From positions 800,001 to 864,000 of the forward strand of contig JAYFMW010000006.1 of the NCBI GenBank assembly GCA_042408215.1: a stretch of DNA of 64,000 nt, given 5' to 3'. Shown here in pieces: positions 34,014 through 44,417 of the stretch (position 1 is the first letter of the stretch; each line of letters begins with the position of its first letter). The translations under genes were made by a program, and so were the position numbers. The notes beneath the pieces were generated by a model, which ran no database searches, was not told the origin of the DNA, and saw only the letters and a list, made by a program, of their open reading frames with translations. Source of the DNA: Microcoleus sp. (GTDB lineage: Bacteria; Cyanobacteriota; Cyanobacteriia; Cyanobacteriales; Microcoleaceae).

Positions 34014-34727
34014 TTATATCAAACAATTAGTGACAATTCGCGTTATCCCCAAATCAAGTAACTTTTGCATATCTTCGCGATCGTCCACCGTCCAAGCAAC
34101 AATGTCAACTCCCTGACTGCGGCTTTGTTCAACCAGTGCAGGGTTTTCCAGCAAAACACGATACTGGCTGCTAATCAAATTATCGCGGTTGGCCACAGCT
34201 TTAACCAATTGAGTTTTGTACGCTTCCAGATTAGCAACGATATGTCCAATTAGCAAATAGCCAGATAGTCGCCGCACTTGTGACAAAAAATTATCGTTGA
34301 AAGAAGTAATAACGCATTTCTCTTTGATTCCTGCGTCGTTCAAACTATTGACAAAGTTGGCAACTTCTGCATCAGACCATTCGCAGTGCGGCTTGACATC
34401 AAAGTAGAGAAACTTGTCAACATTTTTGAGAATACTTAGCGCTTCCTCTAATGTGGGAATTTTTTCTCCCAAAAATTCAGCGCCAAACCATTTACCTGCA
34501 TCCAATGACTGCAATTGGGACAAGTTTTGCTCCCTGACTTTACCCGAAACGCCAGTAATTCTATCCAATGTGGCGTCGTGGAAAATCACTGGTACGCTGT
34601 CAGCGGATAGCTGGATGTCAAATTCGATCGAACTAGCTCCCCGGGCGATCGCCAGTTCAAAAGCTGCTAAGGTATTCTCAGGGGCGATCGCCGAAAATCC
34701 CCGATGTGCAATAATTTCTAAACTCAT
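34014..34727 (-). CDS. Glycerophosphodiester phosphodiesterase
   Basis: IAHRG..APENTLAAF, EFD, HDATLDR, WTVD. Confidence 0.9.
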   Translation of the reverse strand: MSLEIIAHRGFSAIAPENTLAAFELAIARGASSIEFDIQLSADSVPVIFHDATLDRITGVSGKVREQNLSQLQSLDAGKWFGAEFLGEKIPTLEEALSILKNVDKFLYFDVKPHCEWSDAEVANFVNSLNDAGIKEKCVITSFNDNFLSQVRRLSGYLLIGHIVANLEAYKTQLVKAVANRDNLISSQYRVLLENPALVEQSRSQGVDIVAWTVDDREDMQKLLDLGITRIVTNCLI

Positions 34728-35578
34728 TGTTTTGTGCTCTCTAAAAATTCTGCTACAGTCTGATTAAAAGTTTCCGGTTCTACCAAAAATGACCAATGAT
34801 TCCCCGGTACTTTGGCAATTACCAGATTTTTTAAGTATGTCTGATAGGGCTGCATTTGCCAAGCCATACGATTGACGCCTTTTTCCGGCTGAATAAACAA
34901 AGTAGGAATATCAATATCTTCAGTTAAACCAGCAACTTTCATCACTTCTGTAAATATTTGATTTCTCGCTGTAATCACAAATTTACTGCCCCAAGTGCCA
35001 TCGGATTTTTGCTCGATTAGGTGATTGAATATCATTTGTTGCACATCACTCCAACCAGCGTATTCTCCTGATAGTTTCGCAGCAGCTTCCGCTTGCGATA
35101 AAGTCGCAAATGGGCCCATACATTTGAGACAATCTAATTTGCGGTAAACAATGGGTAGGGTGAGTTTCAACACAGCGGGCAGTTTGGTGATGAAGATGGG
35201 GTCTACTAAAATCATACTACAAAAGCGTTCGGGATTTTGCCTTGCCCAAATTGGCGCTAGTTTTCCCGTCCAAGAATGTCCTAAAATGTGGGCTTGCGGC
35301 CAGTTGAGATGTGCCATCAAAGCTTCTAAATCTGCGATCGCACTTTCAAAAGTATAGCCAGTTTCAGGTTTGCTGCTCTCTCCGTGTCCGCGCATATCTG
35401 GCGCTACAATATGATAGCGGTTAGACAAGTAATTGCCCAAGCTAGTCCAGACACACGCACTATCTGCTAAACCGTGTAGCAGCAGCAAACGCGGAACTTT
35501 TTCTTTGTCCGTTTCTGGCTTCCATTCTAGGTAAGAAAGTTCGATTTCTGGCAAGTGCAATGTGTTACGAGTTGGCAT
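34724..35578 (-). CDS. Alpha/beta hydrolase
   Basis: LLHG, PDMRGHGES, GHSWTG, catalytic His in PGNH. Confidence 0.88.
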   Translation of the reverse strand: MPTRNTLHLPEIELSYLEWKPETDKEKVPRLLLLHGLADSACVWTSLGNYLSNRYHIVAPDMRGHGESSKPETGYTFESAIADLEALMAHLNWPQAHILGHSWTGKLAPIWARQNPERFCSMILVDPIFITKLPAVLKLTLPIVYRKLDCLKCMGPFATLSQAEAAAKLSGEYAGWSDVQQMIFNHLIEQKSDGTWGSKFVITARNQIFTEVMKVAGLTEDIDIPTLFIQPEKGVNRMAWQMQPYQTYLKNLVIAKVPGNHWSFLVEPETFNQTVAEFLESTKQ

Positions 35579-35636
35579 GATTAGGGTGTTTTCTAGTTGG
35601 ATAAATTTGAGTTTACCTCATTTATACTATTTTTAT

Positions 35637-35883
35637 GAACAGGCAAGATGCCTGTTCCACAAAGAGTGAATTTTATTGTACTGTTTTCATAAACAGGCAA
35701 GATGCCTGTTCCACAAAGAGTGAATTTTATTGTACTGTTTTCATAAACAGGCAAGATGCCTGTTCCACAAAGAATACATCTTCTTGTGGGGTGGGCTTCT
35801 AGCCCGCCCTTATAAACAGGCAAGATGCCTGTTCCACAAAGAATACATCTTCTTGTGGGGTGGGCTTCTAGCCCGCCCTTATG
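35637..35883. repeat. Tandem array of REP-like palindromic units
   Basis: AACAGGCAAGATGCCTGTTCCACAAAGA x4; linkers duplicated pairwise (54-bp and 61-bp periods). Confidence 0.85.
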
Positions 35884-35885
35884 AC

Positions 35886-37145
35886 CTAACCTTTGCCCTT
35901 CAGACTAAACAAAATAAACTGGGTTTTTTGCGCTTCATCAAAATTGTCGTCGCTTACCAAAACTAAACTTTGACTACCGTCTGGCAAACGCGGGCCGAGA
36001 GTCATTCCCTCTAAATTGTACAGCGGAATTCCCAATTCTGTCAAGTCTAGGAGCAACTTTTTCCTGACAGGTTCAACCGCCGATCGCCCTTTGAAGCTAT
36101 TGATTCTCGAAGTATCTGTAGCCGCCCCAACTGCTACTTGATAAATCCGCGCGCCGTATCCCGACAGCCCAAAAGAACGCTCTAAGCTCAAAAACTGGCC
36201 GCCACCAACAGCTACTAATTCTGTTAAACCATTCAAAATACTCAAAGGAACTTGATCGAGCGTGTAAAGATTTTCTGAGACTAATTGCGCTGTTTTATCA
36301 ACGATGATATAATGTAAAAGACGAAGTTTACTTGCCTGTTCCGGGTCTAGGTCTTGCATTAAAGGCGCTTCCGTAGCCACAAACACACGAAACGGATCGA
36401 GGCCGCCCGGACTAAAAGTTTCTGGATCAATTGTCAAAGATTCAAAACCCAAATTATCCAGCACTCCTTGCTGCTGTTTCTCATCGCTAGCATCGGGAAT
36501 GTAGCGCTTTGGTATTGGTAAATTTTCCCGCATTTTGCCAGTTTTTAAGTCAAATTCTCCGACAAAAGGAGGGATACCAACATGAGTAACGCCTTCACTG
36601 GCGATCAAAACGGAATTGCGGGGAGAAAGGGCGATGCCTTCTGGATTTATGGAACCCCAAGAGAAGGTTTCGCCATCTGCTTTTTTGAGGTAGGTAACAC
36701 CTTCAACGGTAACTTTTTTCAGACTAATATTTGGTGAATCAACCGATGTGAGGTCGAGTCTAAGACTGTAAAATCTGGCATCTACATTTTCGCTGGGGTC
36801 GTCGGAAAGAGCGTAAAAGCGATAAGCTTGGGAAGTGACTCCGCTCATACCTTTGGAGTCGTAGGTAATTCCTGATAAGCCGCCGACTGGTGCTCCTTCA
36901 AAATTAATTTTTGGCAATTGATACTCCCCCAAAAATTCTAGGGACATTTCCGGGAAAGAGCGGTCTTTTGCCACTGCGGGAGGTGGAGCACAAGCTGTGC
37001 AAATAGTTAACAAAATTAGGGCTAAACTGCATAAGCGCAAAATACGATCGCCCAGGGTCTTGAAATCCAAATAATTGCTCAGTGCGGTAATTTTTATTTT
37101 GCTGTTCTTGTTCAACTGTTGGCTTTTGTGCCATCTTTGTGACAT
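35886..37145 (-). CDS. Esterase-like activity of phytase family protein
   Basis: GGLSGITY, YALSDD, PEGIA, NLGFESLT, NLEGMTLGP, VLVSDDNF; start uncertain. Confidence 0.85.
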   Translation of the reverse strand: MSQRWHKSQQLNKNSKIKITALSNYLDFKTLGDRILRLCSLALILLTICTACAPPPAVAKDRSFPEMSLEFLGEYQLPKINFEGAPVGGLSGITYDSKGMSGVTSQAYRFYALSDDPSENVDARFYSLRLDLTSVDSPNISLKKVTVEGVTYLKKADGETFSWGSINPEGIALSPRNSVLIASEGVTHVGIPPFVGEFDLKTGKMRENLPIPKRYIPDASDEKQQQGVLDNLGFESLTIDPETFSPGGLDPFRVFVATEAPLMQDLDPEQASKLRLLHYIIVDKTAQLVSENLYTLDQVPLSILNGLTELVAVGGGQFLSLERSFGLSGYGARIYQVAVGAATDTSRINSFKGRSAVEPVRKKLLLDLTELGIPLYNLEGMTLGPRLPDGSQSLVLVSDDNFDEAQKTQFILFSLKGKG

Positions 37146-37220
37146 AATATATACCGTTTTGTAGATATGCAAAACTTGATGTTTCGAGAATGGATGCGGC
37201 ATCGCTGCAACCAAATTTTG

Positions 37221-38501
37221 ATGATGAGAAGTTCTGTCCCCATCGGGTGCTTACTGTTTTTGTGGTTATGTGCTGGTTCTATTGCTAGCGCCCAAACTAA
37301 TCAACCTGGTCTGGATCAATTTTCTCCTAATCCGTTAGAGATTACCACACCAGATCCCCTAACTCCCGCCAGTGAATCTTTGAGCAGCACTCAGCGGGAT
37401 GAATTGAGCGCGGCTTTGGATCAGTTAAATTTAGAAGCTGTGGCTAAACAGCAAGCTGGAGATGGAGTCGGTGCTTTTGAAATCTGGTTTCGAGAATTGC
37501 GACTACGCAGGTATCTCGGCCCGGCGGCGGAAATTGCTGCTTTAAGTCGGGTGGGAAGTGTTGCTTGGAGTAGCGGTAAAACCCTCGAATTAAAGTTTAT
37601 TACCCAACGGCTACAAGCAATTCAAAAACAAGTCAAATCCCAGGTACCAGTTGATACTGAGTTGCTCCCAGCCTTGGCGGCGGCTTTTCAGCAGGTGCGC
37701 GCTAAAGGCCCGACAGTAGAAGTTTATCAAGAAATTCTCGACAATGCACGCCAGCGGGAGGATATTTTGGCTCAAGGTCAGACTTTAAAGGCGATCGGGC
37801 AAATTCATATTAATTGGTTGAGTTACGATAAAGCAGCTCCCGTGTATGAGGAATTGGCAAGTTTAATTCAGGAAAACCGCGCTTTATTTGCTACCAATTC
37901 TGCTGTTACCAATCCTACTGTAACGGCTGGAAATGGCGCACCTCCGCAACCTGTAACTCCTCCAACTGAGGTAGATGCTCTGAGACAATTGGCTTATGTT
38001 TACCAGCAGTCGAAACAGCCACTGAAGGCGATCGCAGCTAGGGAAAAACTAACATCGGTGTATGTCAATCTGCAAAATCCCAGCGCTATACCACCGCTAA
38101 AAATTGCGATCGCTGCCGATTACAAAACTCTAGGTCAAATCAATTTAGCAGCTCAATACTATCAGGAAGCATACAATTTAGCCGTCCCCATTCAACAGTA
38201 TGCTCACGCTAGCGAAGCTTTGGACAAATTAGCTTTACTTTATCGATCGCAAAAGCAATGGGAGCCGACTTTGCGAATTTATCAAATGCAGTTGCTGTTA
38301 GAAGAGCGGGCTTATAATTTCTACGGATTGATGAACGCTTATGACAATATCGGTCAAGTTTATCAGGAGATGAAGGATTATAACAAAGCTTTAGAAGCTT
38401 ATCAAAAAGGCTTGGAAGTGGCTAAAAGGTTGGGACACCGACAAGAGTATTTTGCTAGGAAAATTCAAAAAGTCAACAAGCAATTGGAGAAGAGTTCCTA
38501 A
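37221..38501 (+). CDS. TPR repeat protein with signal peptide
   Basis: Hydrophobic N-terminus ending in ASA; C-terminal TPR helices. Confidence 0.75.
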   Translation: MMRSSVPIGCLLFLWLCAGSIASAQTNQPGLDQFSPNPLEITTPDPLTPASESLSSTQRDELSAALDQLNLEAVAKQQAGDGVGAFEIWFRELRLRRYLGPAAEIAALSRVGSVAWSSGKTLELKFITQRLQAIQKQVKSQVPVDTELLPALAAAFQQVRAKGPTVEVYQEILDNARQREDILAQGQTLKAIGQIHINWLSYDKAAPVYEELASLIQENRALFATNSAVTNPTVTAGNGAPPQPVTPPTEVDALRQLAYVYQQSKQPLKAIAAREKLTSVYVNLQNPSAIPPLKIAIAADYKTLGQINLAAQYYQEAYNLAVPIQQYAHASEALDKLALLYRSQKQWEPTLRIYQMQLLLEERAYNFYGLMNAYDNIGQVYQEMKDYNKALEAYQKGLEVAKRLGHRQEYFARKIQKVNKQLEKSS

Positions 38502-38590
38502 AGAAACCGGGTTTCTCTGAAAAATATTTGCTTTCTCAACTATAGATCTAGGTCGAAACCCGGTTTCTGGTCTCGACGTGCGTAAGTTCT
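38501..38590. mobile_element. AGAAACCGGGTTT...AAACCCGGTTTCT repeat/MITE
   Basis: Relatives at 42627-42734 and about 60745-60842. Confidence 0.6.
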
Positions 38591-38636
38591 GTTGTTACAA
38601 TTATGACAGGGATATATTCTACCATTTTTGCGATCG

Positions 38637-40712
38637 ATGACCATTTCTTCACCAGTAGCAGACACCAAAAACCAACCCCGCCGCGAAACAGACTGGCGGT
38701 TATTCATGAGGTTGGCATCCTATGCAACCCGCAGCAAACGTTTGCTGATTATTTCCCTCGTGCTATTAGTGCCGCTGGCCGTATCGGGAGCAGTTCAACC
38801 CATCTTGATCGGACAGGCAATTTCCCTAATTCGAGCTGAACCTACCTACGAATTTCTGCGGGGAATGCCTTTATCTGCCGGATTAAATATTCTGGCAGTT
38901 ATGCTAATGCTAACTATAGCATTTCGGCTGGGATTGCAATCGGTTCAAGGCTATTTAGTCACGAAAGTAGGGCAAATAATTACTACTGATATTAGAAATG
39001 ATTTGTTCGCCCACGTCACTTCCCTAGCAGTCAGATTTTTCGATCGCACTCCTGTAGGCAAATTGATGACTCGCCTCACCAGCGATGTGGAGGCTTTGGG
39101 AGAGGTTTTTTCTTCTGGGGCGATCGGCATTCTCGGCGATTTATTTTCAATATTAGTAATTGCCATATTCATGTTTACCATGCAGTGGCAATTAGCTTTA
39201 ATGTTGGTGTTGATGATGATACCAATTACGGCACTCATAGTTTATTTTCAGTACAAATATCGGGTAGCAAATTACAAGACTAGAGAAGAACTTGCCGATC
39301 TCAACGCCCAACTGCAAGAAAACCTGACTGGTATTGCTGTAGTGCAGCTATTCCGCCGCGAAAGATTCAACTCACAATTGTTTCGCGTCACCAATCAGCG
39401 CTACATTAAAGAAATTGATGAAACTATCTTTTACGACTCAGCCGTATCTGCTACATTAGAATGGATTGCTTTAGTTGCGATCGCAGCAGTTTTGTGGATG
39501 GGCGGTCAAAGCCTGATGCAAGGTACGATTAACTTTGGTACTCTCTCTGCATTCATTCTGTTTGCTCAGCGTCTCTTCGATCCCCTCCGGCAATTTGCTG
39601 AGAAATTCACCGCTATTCAAGCAGGATTTACCGCCGTTGAACGGATTAGCGATATTCTCAACGAACCGATCGAAATTAAAGATCCAACTAGCGCACAGAA
39701 GGAAGAAGGAAGAGGGCAGAAGGAAGAAGGAAGAGGGCCCTTCGACTTCGCTCAGGGTAAAAAGAGGGAAGAGGAAAAAACGGAATATTATTCACCCCTG
39801 CTGATAACAGGACATCCAGAGGCAATTGCTGACAATTGGTCCCATTTCCATCGAGAATTGGCAGATAATAATCAAAATCCCGCAACTTCTGAATATCGTC
39901 TATTGTCTAATAATTCCAAACTCACCCCCCCCAACCCCCCCTTGCTAAGGGGGGGAGAAAATCCAAAATCGCAGGATTCTGAATCAGGAGAAATCCAATT
40001 TGACAATGTGTGGTTTGCTTACAAACAAGACGAATATGTTCTGCAAAACCTCAATTTCACAATCAAATCCGGCGATAAAGTAGCATTAGTTGGCCCTACC
40101 GGTGCTGGCAAAAGTTCGATTATCCGTCTCCTGTGTCGCCTTTACGAGCCCACCCAAGGACGTATTTTAATTAATCATGTCGATATTCGGGATTTGCCCC
40201 AAGCAGAATTACGGCGACACATAGGTGTTATTATCCAAGATGGCTTTCTATTTGCTGGCGATGTGAAGAGCAATATTAGCCTGGGAGAAAATTACTCGAT
40301 CGAGGAAATTCAAGCAGCAGCAGAAAAGACAAATGTTGCCAGATTAATTGAACAATTGCCTCAAGGTTATGATACGCAATTGCGGGAACGGGGCACTAAT
40401 CTTTCGGGGGGACAAAAGCAATTATTGGCCTTTGCTCGCGCCGCTATTCGCAATCCTAGTATTTTAGTTCTAGATGAAGCAACTGCTAGTTTGGATGTGG
40501 GGACAGAAGCTTTAATTCAACAAGCACTAGAGCGTTTAATGGCGGAAAGAACGGCGATAATTATTGCTCACCGACTCTCGACTATCCGAAATGTCGATCG
40601 CATTTTAGTGCTCAAACGCGGCGAATTAGTAGAGTCTGGCAGCCACGATGAATTGTTGCAGCAAGAAGGGTTGTATGCTAGTTTGTACAAGTTGCAAATG
40701 CTGGGAAGTTAA
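38637..40712 (+). CDS. ABC transporter permease/ATP-binding protein (MsbA/MdlB-like) with a repeat-derived linker
   Basis: TM domain, GPTGAGKS, LSGGQKQ, LDEAT, IAHRLST. Confidence 0.92.
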   Translation: MTISSPVADTKNQPRRETDWRLFMRLASYATRSKRLLIISLVLLVPLAVSGAVQPILIGQAISLIRAEPTYEFLRGMPLSAGLNILAVMLMLTIAFRLGLQSVQGYLVTKVGQIITTDIRNDLFAHVTSLAVRFFDRTPVGKLMTRLTSDVEALGEVFSSGAIGILGDLFSILVIAIFMFTMQWQLALMLVLMMIPITALIVYFQYKYRVANYKTREELADLNAQLQENLTGIAVVQLFRRERFNSQLFRVTNQRYIKEIDETIFYDSAVSATLEWIALVAIAAVLWMGGQSLMQGTINFGTLSAFILFAQRLFDPLRQFAEKFTAIQAGFTAVERISDILNEPIEIKDPTSAQKEEGRGQKEEGRGPFDFAQGKKREEEKTEYYSPLLITGHPEAIADNWSHFHRELADNNQNPATSEYRLLSNNSKLTPPNPPLLRGGENPKSQDSESGEIQFDNVWFAYKQDEYVLQNLNFTIKSGDKVALVGPTGAGKSSIIRLLCRLYEPTQGRILINHVDIRDLPQAELRRHIGVIIQDGFLFAGDVKSNISLGENYSIEEIQAAAEKTNVARLIEQLPQGYDTQLRERGTNLSGGQKQLLAFARAAIRNPSILVLDEATASLDVGTEALIQQALERLMAERTAIIIAHRLSTIRNVDRILVLKRGELVESGSHDELLQQEGLYASLYKLQMLGS

Positions 40713-40803
40713 GAGCTGAATCCGGCTTATTTCTTAGTCCCCCTCTGCTGGGACTTCGTTTGTGTAGTAGCGGTTTCAACCAGTCTTCAAATCTAAAATT
40801 GAA

Positions 40804-41022
40804 TCACCTGCCCGAAGTCATTTTCCAAAGTGTTTCTGGCAGGTGAATTACATACTGAAACAACTGATTTGGCCCGATGCCAAACAATAACTGCATCGTC
40901 AACACAATTACTGCCAGAGAAATCGCCGTCCCGATGCTGGCATTCATTACTTTGAGGGCCCAGTTAAATACCAACCAAGATACAAGTAATGAGGCAATTA
41001 AGATAATTAATTCTATTGGCAT
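40804..41022 (-). CDS. Small membrane protein
   Basis: 72 aa, two hydrophobic segments. Confidence 0.65.
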   Translation of the reverse strand: MPIELIILIASLLVSWLVFNWALKVMNASIGTAISLAVIVLTMQLLFGIGPNQLFQYVIHLPETLWKMTSGR

Positions 41023-41359
41023 ATCACATTTTTCACTCTAATTTAACTATACTTTTTATAGCAATCGCTAAGACTGTTCGGAGGTTGTTAATGGCTGATA
41101 TCGTTTACGGTAGTTTCGGAATGATTAAACCACAGAGGCCACAGAGGGCGCTGAGGAAGAGAAGAGAGAGATGAATAATTCCGATACCAATAAGGGGCTT
41201 TTTTATGGGTGGGGGCGGGTTTATTTAACCTGTTTGCACTCTTTAAGGCTATTGGTGAACCCGCCCCTACAGGTGATTGAGAATGATACAAGACAATATC
41301 TCATTTGCATCCGTTAAATCCGTTAAAAAATCCGTTGCCGAACTTCCTTCTCCTATACT

Positions 41360-42577
41360 TCAAGCAATGCTGCCGCGTTTCCGTGTTTCCTTGTAAGAAA
41401 TTCCGACATTTTTTAAACCTGCTTTAATCATTTCCTGTTCCAACAACGCGAAAAAGCGACCTCTATCTCCTCCTTTTACCACGGCTTGGTTGTGGGCTTC
41501 CGCTAATGTTACTGGATAGCCGCCTCCTTTGTGCACCTGAGCTAGCATCATTCCCAATGCTAAATTTAGCTGGGCTGAATCTTCAACTACCCATTCCGGC
41601 ACTTCTATTCTAGCAATTTCTGTCCCGACGTGAACGTAACAGAAATAGACAGAATTAAGGCCGTACAAGTCTAAGATTCGAGATTGGGATTTCCAGAAAG
41701 GACTTCTTTGTCCCGGTGACAGTATTGTTGCCCACAAAATTGCATCTCGCAAGGGTTCAAATACTTGACAAGGTGCTTTGTCGGCGTAGGATATTGTGGC
41801 GGCAAATCCGACATTGGGGCAATTTGTTATGCAGTCGGGTACTTCGTGGGTGCAAGCTTGAAATCGTAAAAAAGATAAGCTTTCGCTGCTGCGAGAAGCA
41901 CTCAGATATCCTAATAGGGGAATTCTTGCTAAACGCAATTTGTCCCAAGCTTCTAAAATTGGCTGTAAAATTCGATCGCGCGCTTCGCTGGGCAAGGGTT
42001 CTAAAAACCAATAAATCAGGGAACCGTCTACCATTGCCAAAGTTGGCGCCGGCAATTTATTGTTGTTAACTTGCGCCCAATTGCGGCCAATTTCTGCTAA
42101 GGCAATTGCTTCGGAAACTGCGCGCTTATATCCCATCCACTCTTCGGTTCTAATTCCCCACTGTCGGGAAACATACAAGTCTTCTGGCTTGTAAAAAACC
42201 TCTGGTATGCTGTCTAAAACTGGGTGGCGGCTTTGCCCGTAATGGAGCATGACGGTGCCGATGTTTAGCAGGTAGCAGTAGGCTATTTCGTGATGGCTTG
42301 GTGAAATTTGAGAGCCGTCTGTGGCAAATACTGTGTGGGCTGTGGGGGGTGCTGGGATATCAGGGCGATCGGACAATGGCTCGATTGGCGTGGCAGAATT
42401 GAATAAAGTGCGATCGCGCCAACTCTCTTTTAATTCTACCAATTCTTCCTGTCTCGTTGCCGCTTTTTCTAGCAAATTCTGAGCCACTTCTAAACGCTGG
42501 CGAGCCGCCAGAGCCTCCACAGTTAAATGTTGGCTCATTCCCTGCATTGCTTTTGCTGCTTTAGTTAAATCTAGCAT
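41360..42577 (-). CDS. NurA-domain nuclease
   Basis: ATDGSQ, MVDGSL, EIARIE.P.W, GYPVTLAEAHNQAVV. Confidence 0.85.
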   Translation of the reverse strand: MLDLTKAAKAMQGMSQHLTVEALAARQRLEVAQNLLEKAATRQEELVELKESWRDRTLFNSATPIEPLSDRPDIPAPPTAHTVFATDGSQISPSHHEIAYCYLLNIGTVMLHYGQSRHPVLDSIPEVFYKPEDLYVSRQWGIRTEEWMGYKRAVSEAIALAEIGRNWAQVNNNKLPAPTLAMVDGSLIYWFLEPLPSEARDRILQPILEAWDKLRLARIPLLGYLSASRSSESLSFLRFQACTHEVPDCITNCPNVGFAATISYADKAPCQVFEPLRDAILWATILSPGQRSPFWKSQSRILDLYGLNSVYFCYVHVGTEIARIEVPEWVVEDSAQLNLALGMMLAQVHKGGGYPVTLAEAHNQAVVKGGDRGRFFALLEQEMIKAGLKNVGISYKETRKRGSIA

Positions 42578-42626
42578 TTGTTATTAGTTAACTGTTGACT
42601 GTTAACTGATGGCTGTTGACTAATAC

Positions 42627-42734
42627 AGAACTTACGCATCAAGACCAAAGAAACCGGGTTTTTGGCCGTTTCTCAGGGTTGTAACGAGTATTCTCGCAAA
42701 AAACCCGGTTTCTGACCACCCCTGCGTAAGTCCT
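42627..42734. mobile_element. MITE with AGrACTTACGCA / TGCGTAAGTCCT ends
   Basis: Terminal inverted repeats plus an internal AGAAACCGGGTTTTT/AAAAACCCGGTTTCT palindrome. Confidence 0.75.
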
Positions 42735-42760
42735 AGACTAATGACTAAGTAACATCAGCA

Positions 42761-43549
42761 TTACCCTGAAAGCCAATCGGCGAAATCTGCCGAAAACTGC
42801 GACAGAGACAGCAATTGAACTGGTGGATTTTGAGCTACTGATTCCCGTTCAGCCAAAGTATTGTAACCCCAATCAGCCAAAAATAACCTCACCTCAGATA
42901 AATCCGGTTGCTGTTTAACTGACAACAAAGTTTTCAACCTGTCTTCGACAAACCAAATAGTCGAATTCTTGCCAGCCGCCGTCATAAATTCCCGCAAAAT
43001 TTGGTGTTTTGGCTTGTTGTATTCCTTCCCAAAAATTAACTCGGATGGCATTGTTACACCTGCTAGCTGCAAAAGTTCGCGCACAAAACGGCCTTCCTTG
43101 GTAGTGACGATCGCAATTTTTACTCCTCTCCCTTGCAATTTCTGGAAACTTTCGGCTACTCCTGGATAAAAACGGTGCAGAGAAAGCCATCCAGCCAAAT
43201 CTTCAGCAATCCAACGATCGCGCAATCCATCTAACATAGCGCCAACTGACGCAGCTTTTAAACCATTTTCTGTCATTAACTGTGGTACAATGTTTGGCCA
43301 ATCCAGCAAAATTTGCTCTTCCGTAATTCCTGTCAGCAGTGCGCGAATCAGCAGGGGCATTTCCCAACCGGTTTCGATGGCCGGCCGCACTCGGTAAAAA
43401 CTGGAAGCTAAGTCTGAATCTGGCACTGTCTTTGCCGGTTTCCAGATTTGACAATAAGTGCGCCACGCTGTTTGAAAATATTCAATTAGTCCGTCGCAAA
43501 TCACGCCGTCAAAATCAAGAGCTAGAATTGTTGGAAAGTTATTAGTCAT
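42761..43549 (-). CDS. HAD-family hydrolase
   Basis: LDFDGVICD, VTTK, FVEDR, ADWGYN. Confidence 0.88.
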   Translation of the reverse strand: MTNNFPTILALDFDGVICDGLIEYFQTAWRTYCQIWKPAKTVPDSDLASSFYRVRPAIETGWEMPLLIRALLTGITEEQILLDWPNIVPQLMTENGLKAASVGAMLDGLRDRWIAEDLAGWLSLHRFYPGVAESFQKLQGRGVKIAIVTTKEGRFVRELLQLAGVTMPSELIFGKEYNKPKHQILREFMTAAGKNSTIWFVEDRLKTLLSVKQQPDLSEVRLFLADWGYNTLAERESVAQNPPVQLLSLSQFSADFADWLSG

Positions 43550-43594
43550 TGGTAAGTTGTCTGTTGGCGGTACGTCAGGAGTTATGAGTAATTA

Positions 43595-44365
43595 TTAGAA
43601 AGATTGAACCAGGGGTTGATTAGCAATCGAATCAAGCTTTTGGGATTTTAACAATTGCGTCCACTCTGCTGTCAGTTGTGCATCATCAGGAGTTTTGCGC
43701 CGCATTTCAGCTAGAGTAGCGACTGTCTCGTACCAAATCCCATTTTTAGCATAAACACTCAGCCTAGCCATCGGGTCAGGATTTGCCAAATCATTCTTGA
43801 GGCTTGGCTGCGGTGCTATGCGTTCTACAGAACCTGTAACAAACAAATCATTCGATCGATCTCCCGTGTTCTCTCCGGTGTTCTCTCCGGGGCTACAAGC
43901 CACCGCCAGCGACCACTGATACCGCTTACCAACTTCCATAAGCTGCTTGTTACCCCCAGCACCAGGAATGGTAACTGCAATAATCCCAGCATTGTCAACT
44001 TTGAAAGCTGTTTCGTAGACCACTTCATCTGGATCTTTTGTCTCTTTTTCTGTGATCAAACTGAATTGTACTTGTGTCCCAGCATGAGAAACGTAAGCAA
44101 AGAGTGTTGGTGACTCTGATAGTGTTAAACCAACATTACTTTCAGGTATTAAAGGAGTAATAGATAAATCAGCCGGACACTTGGGGCCTCGATGGGTTGC
44201 CCCTTGCCGATTGCCGGGAGCCGTTACATTTGGAGGTTTGAAATTAACATTTTGACTCAGCAAAATCGGTTCAGACTTGACCGGCATCAGTGTCGTCAAA
44301 TTCGGGAAAATGGCTAAGACAAAGACAGCCAATGAAAGTGTAGCAAGATATAGCAAACGTTTCAT
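43595..44365 (-). CDS. DUF928 domain protein (copy 1)
   Basis: Signal peptide, APGNRQGATHRG, GLT...PT.F.YV, L.VGKRYQW, YAKNGIWYE, W..LL.S..L. Confidence 0.85.
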   Translation of the reverse strand: MKRLLYLATLSLAVFVLAIFPNLTTLMPVKSEPILLSQNVNFKPPNVTAPGNRQGATHRGPKCPADLSITPLIPESNVGLTLSESPTLFAYVSHAGTQVQFSLITEKETKDPDEVVYETAFKVDNAGIIAVTIPGAGGNKQLMEVGKRYQWSLAVACSPGENTGENTGDRSNDLFVTGSVERIAPQPSLKNDLANPDPMARLSVYAKNGIWYETVATLAEMRRKTPDDAQLTAEWTQLLKSQKLDSIANQPLVQSF

Positions 44366-44417
44366 TTTTTCACCAAGTTGAGAAATGTTTTATAAAAGAC
44401 TTGAGAAATAGCGAACC

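Noticed and set aside
35637..35883. CRISPR array
   Set aside because: Spacers are duplicated pairwise, no cas genes or leader, and the unit occurs as a dispersed repeat
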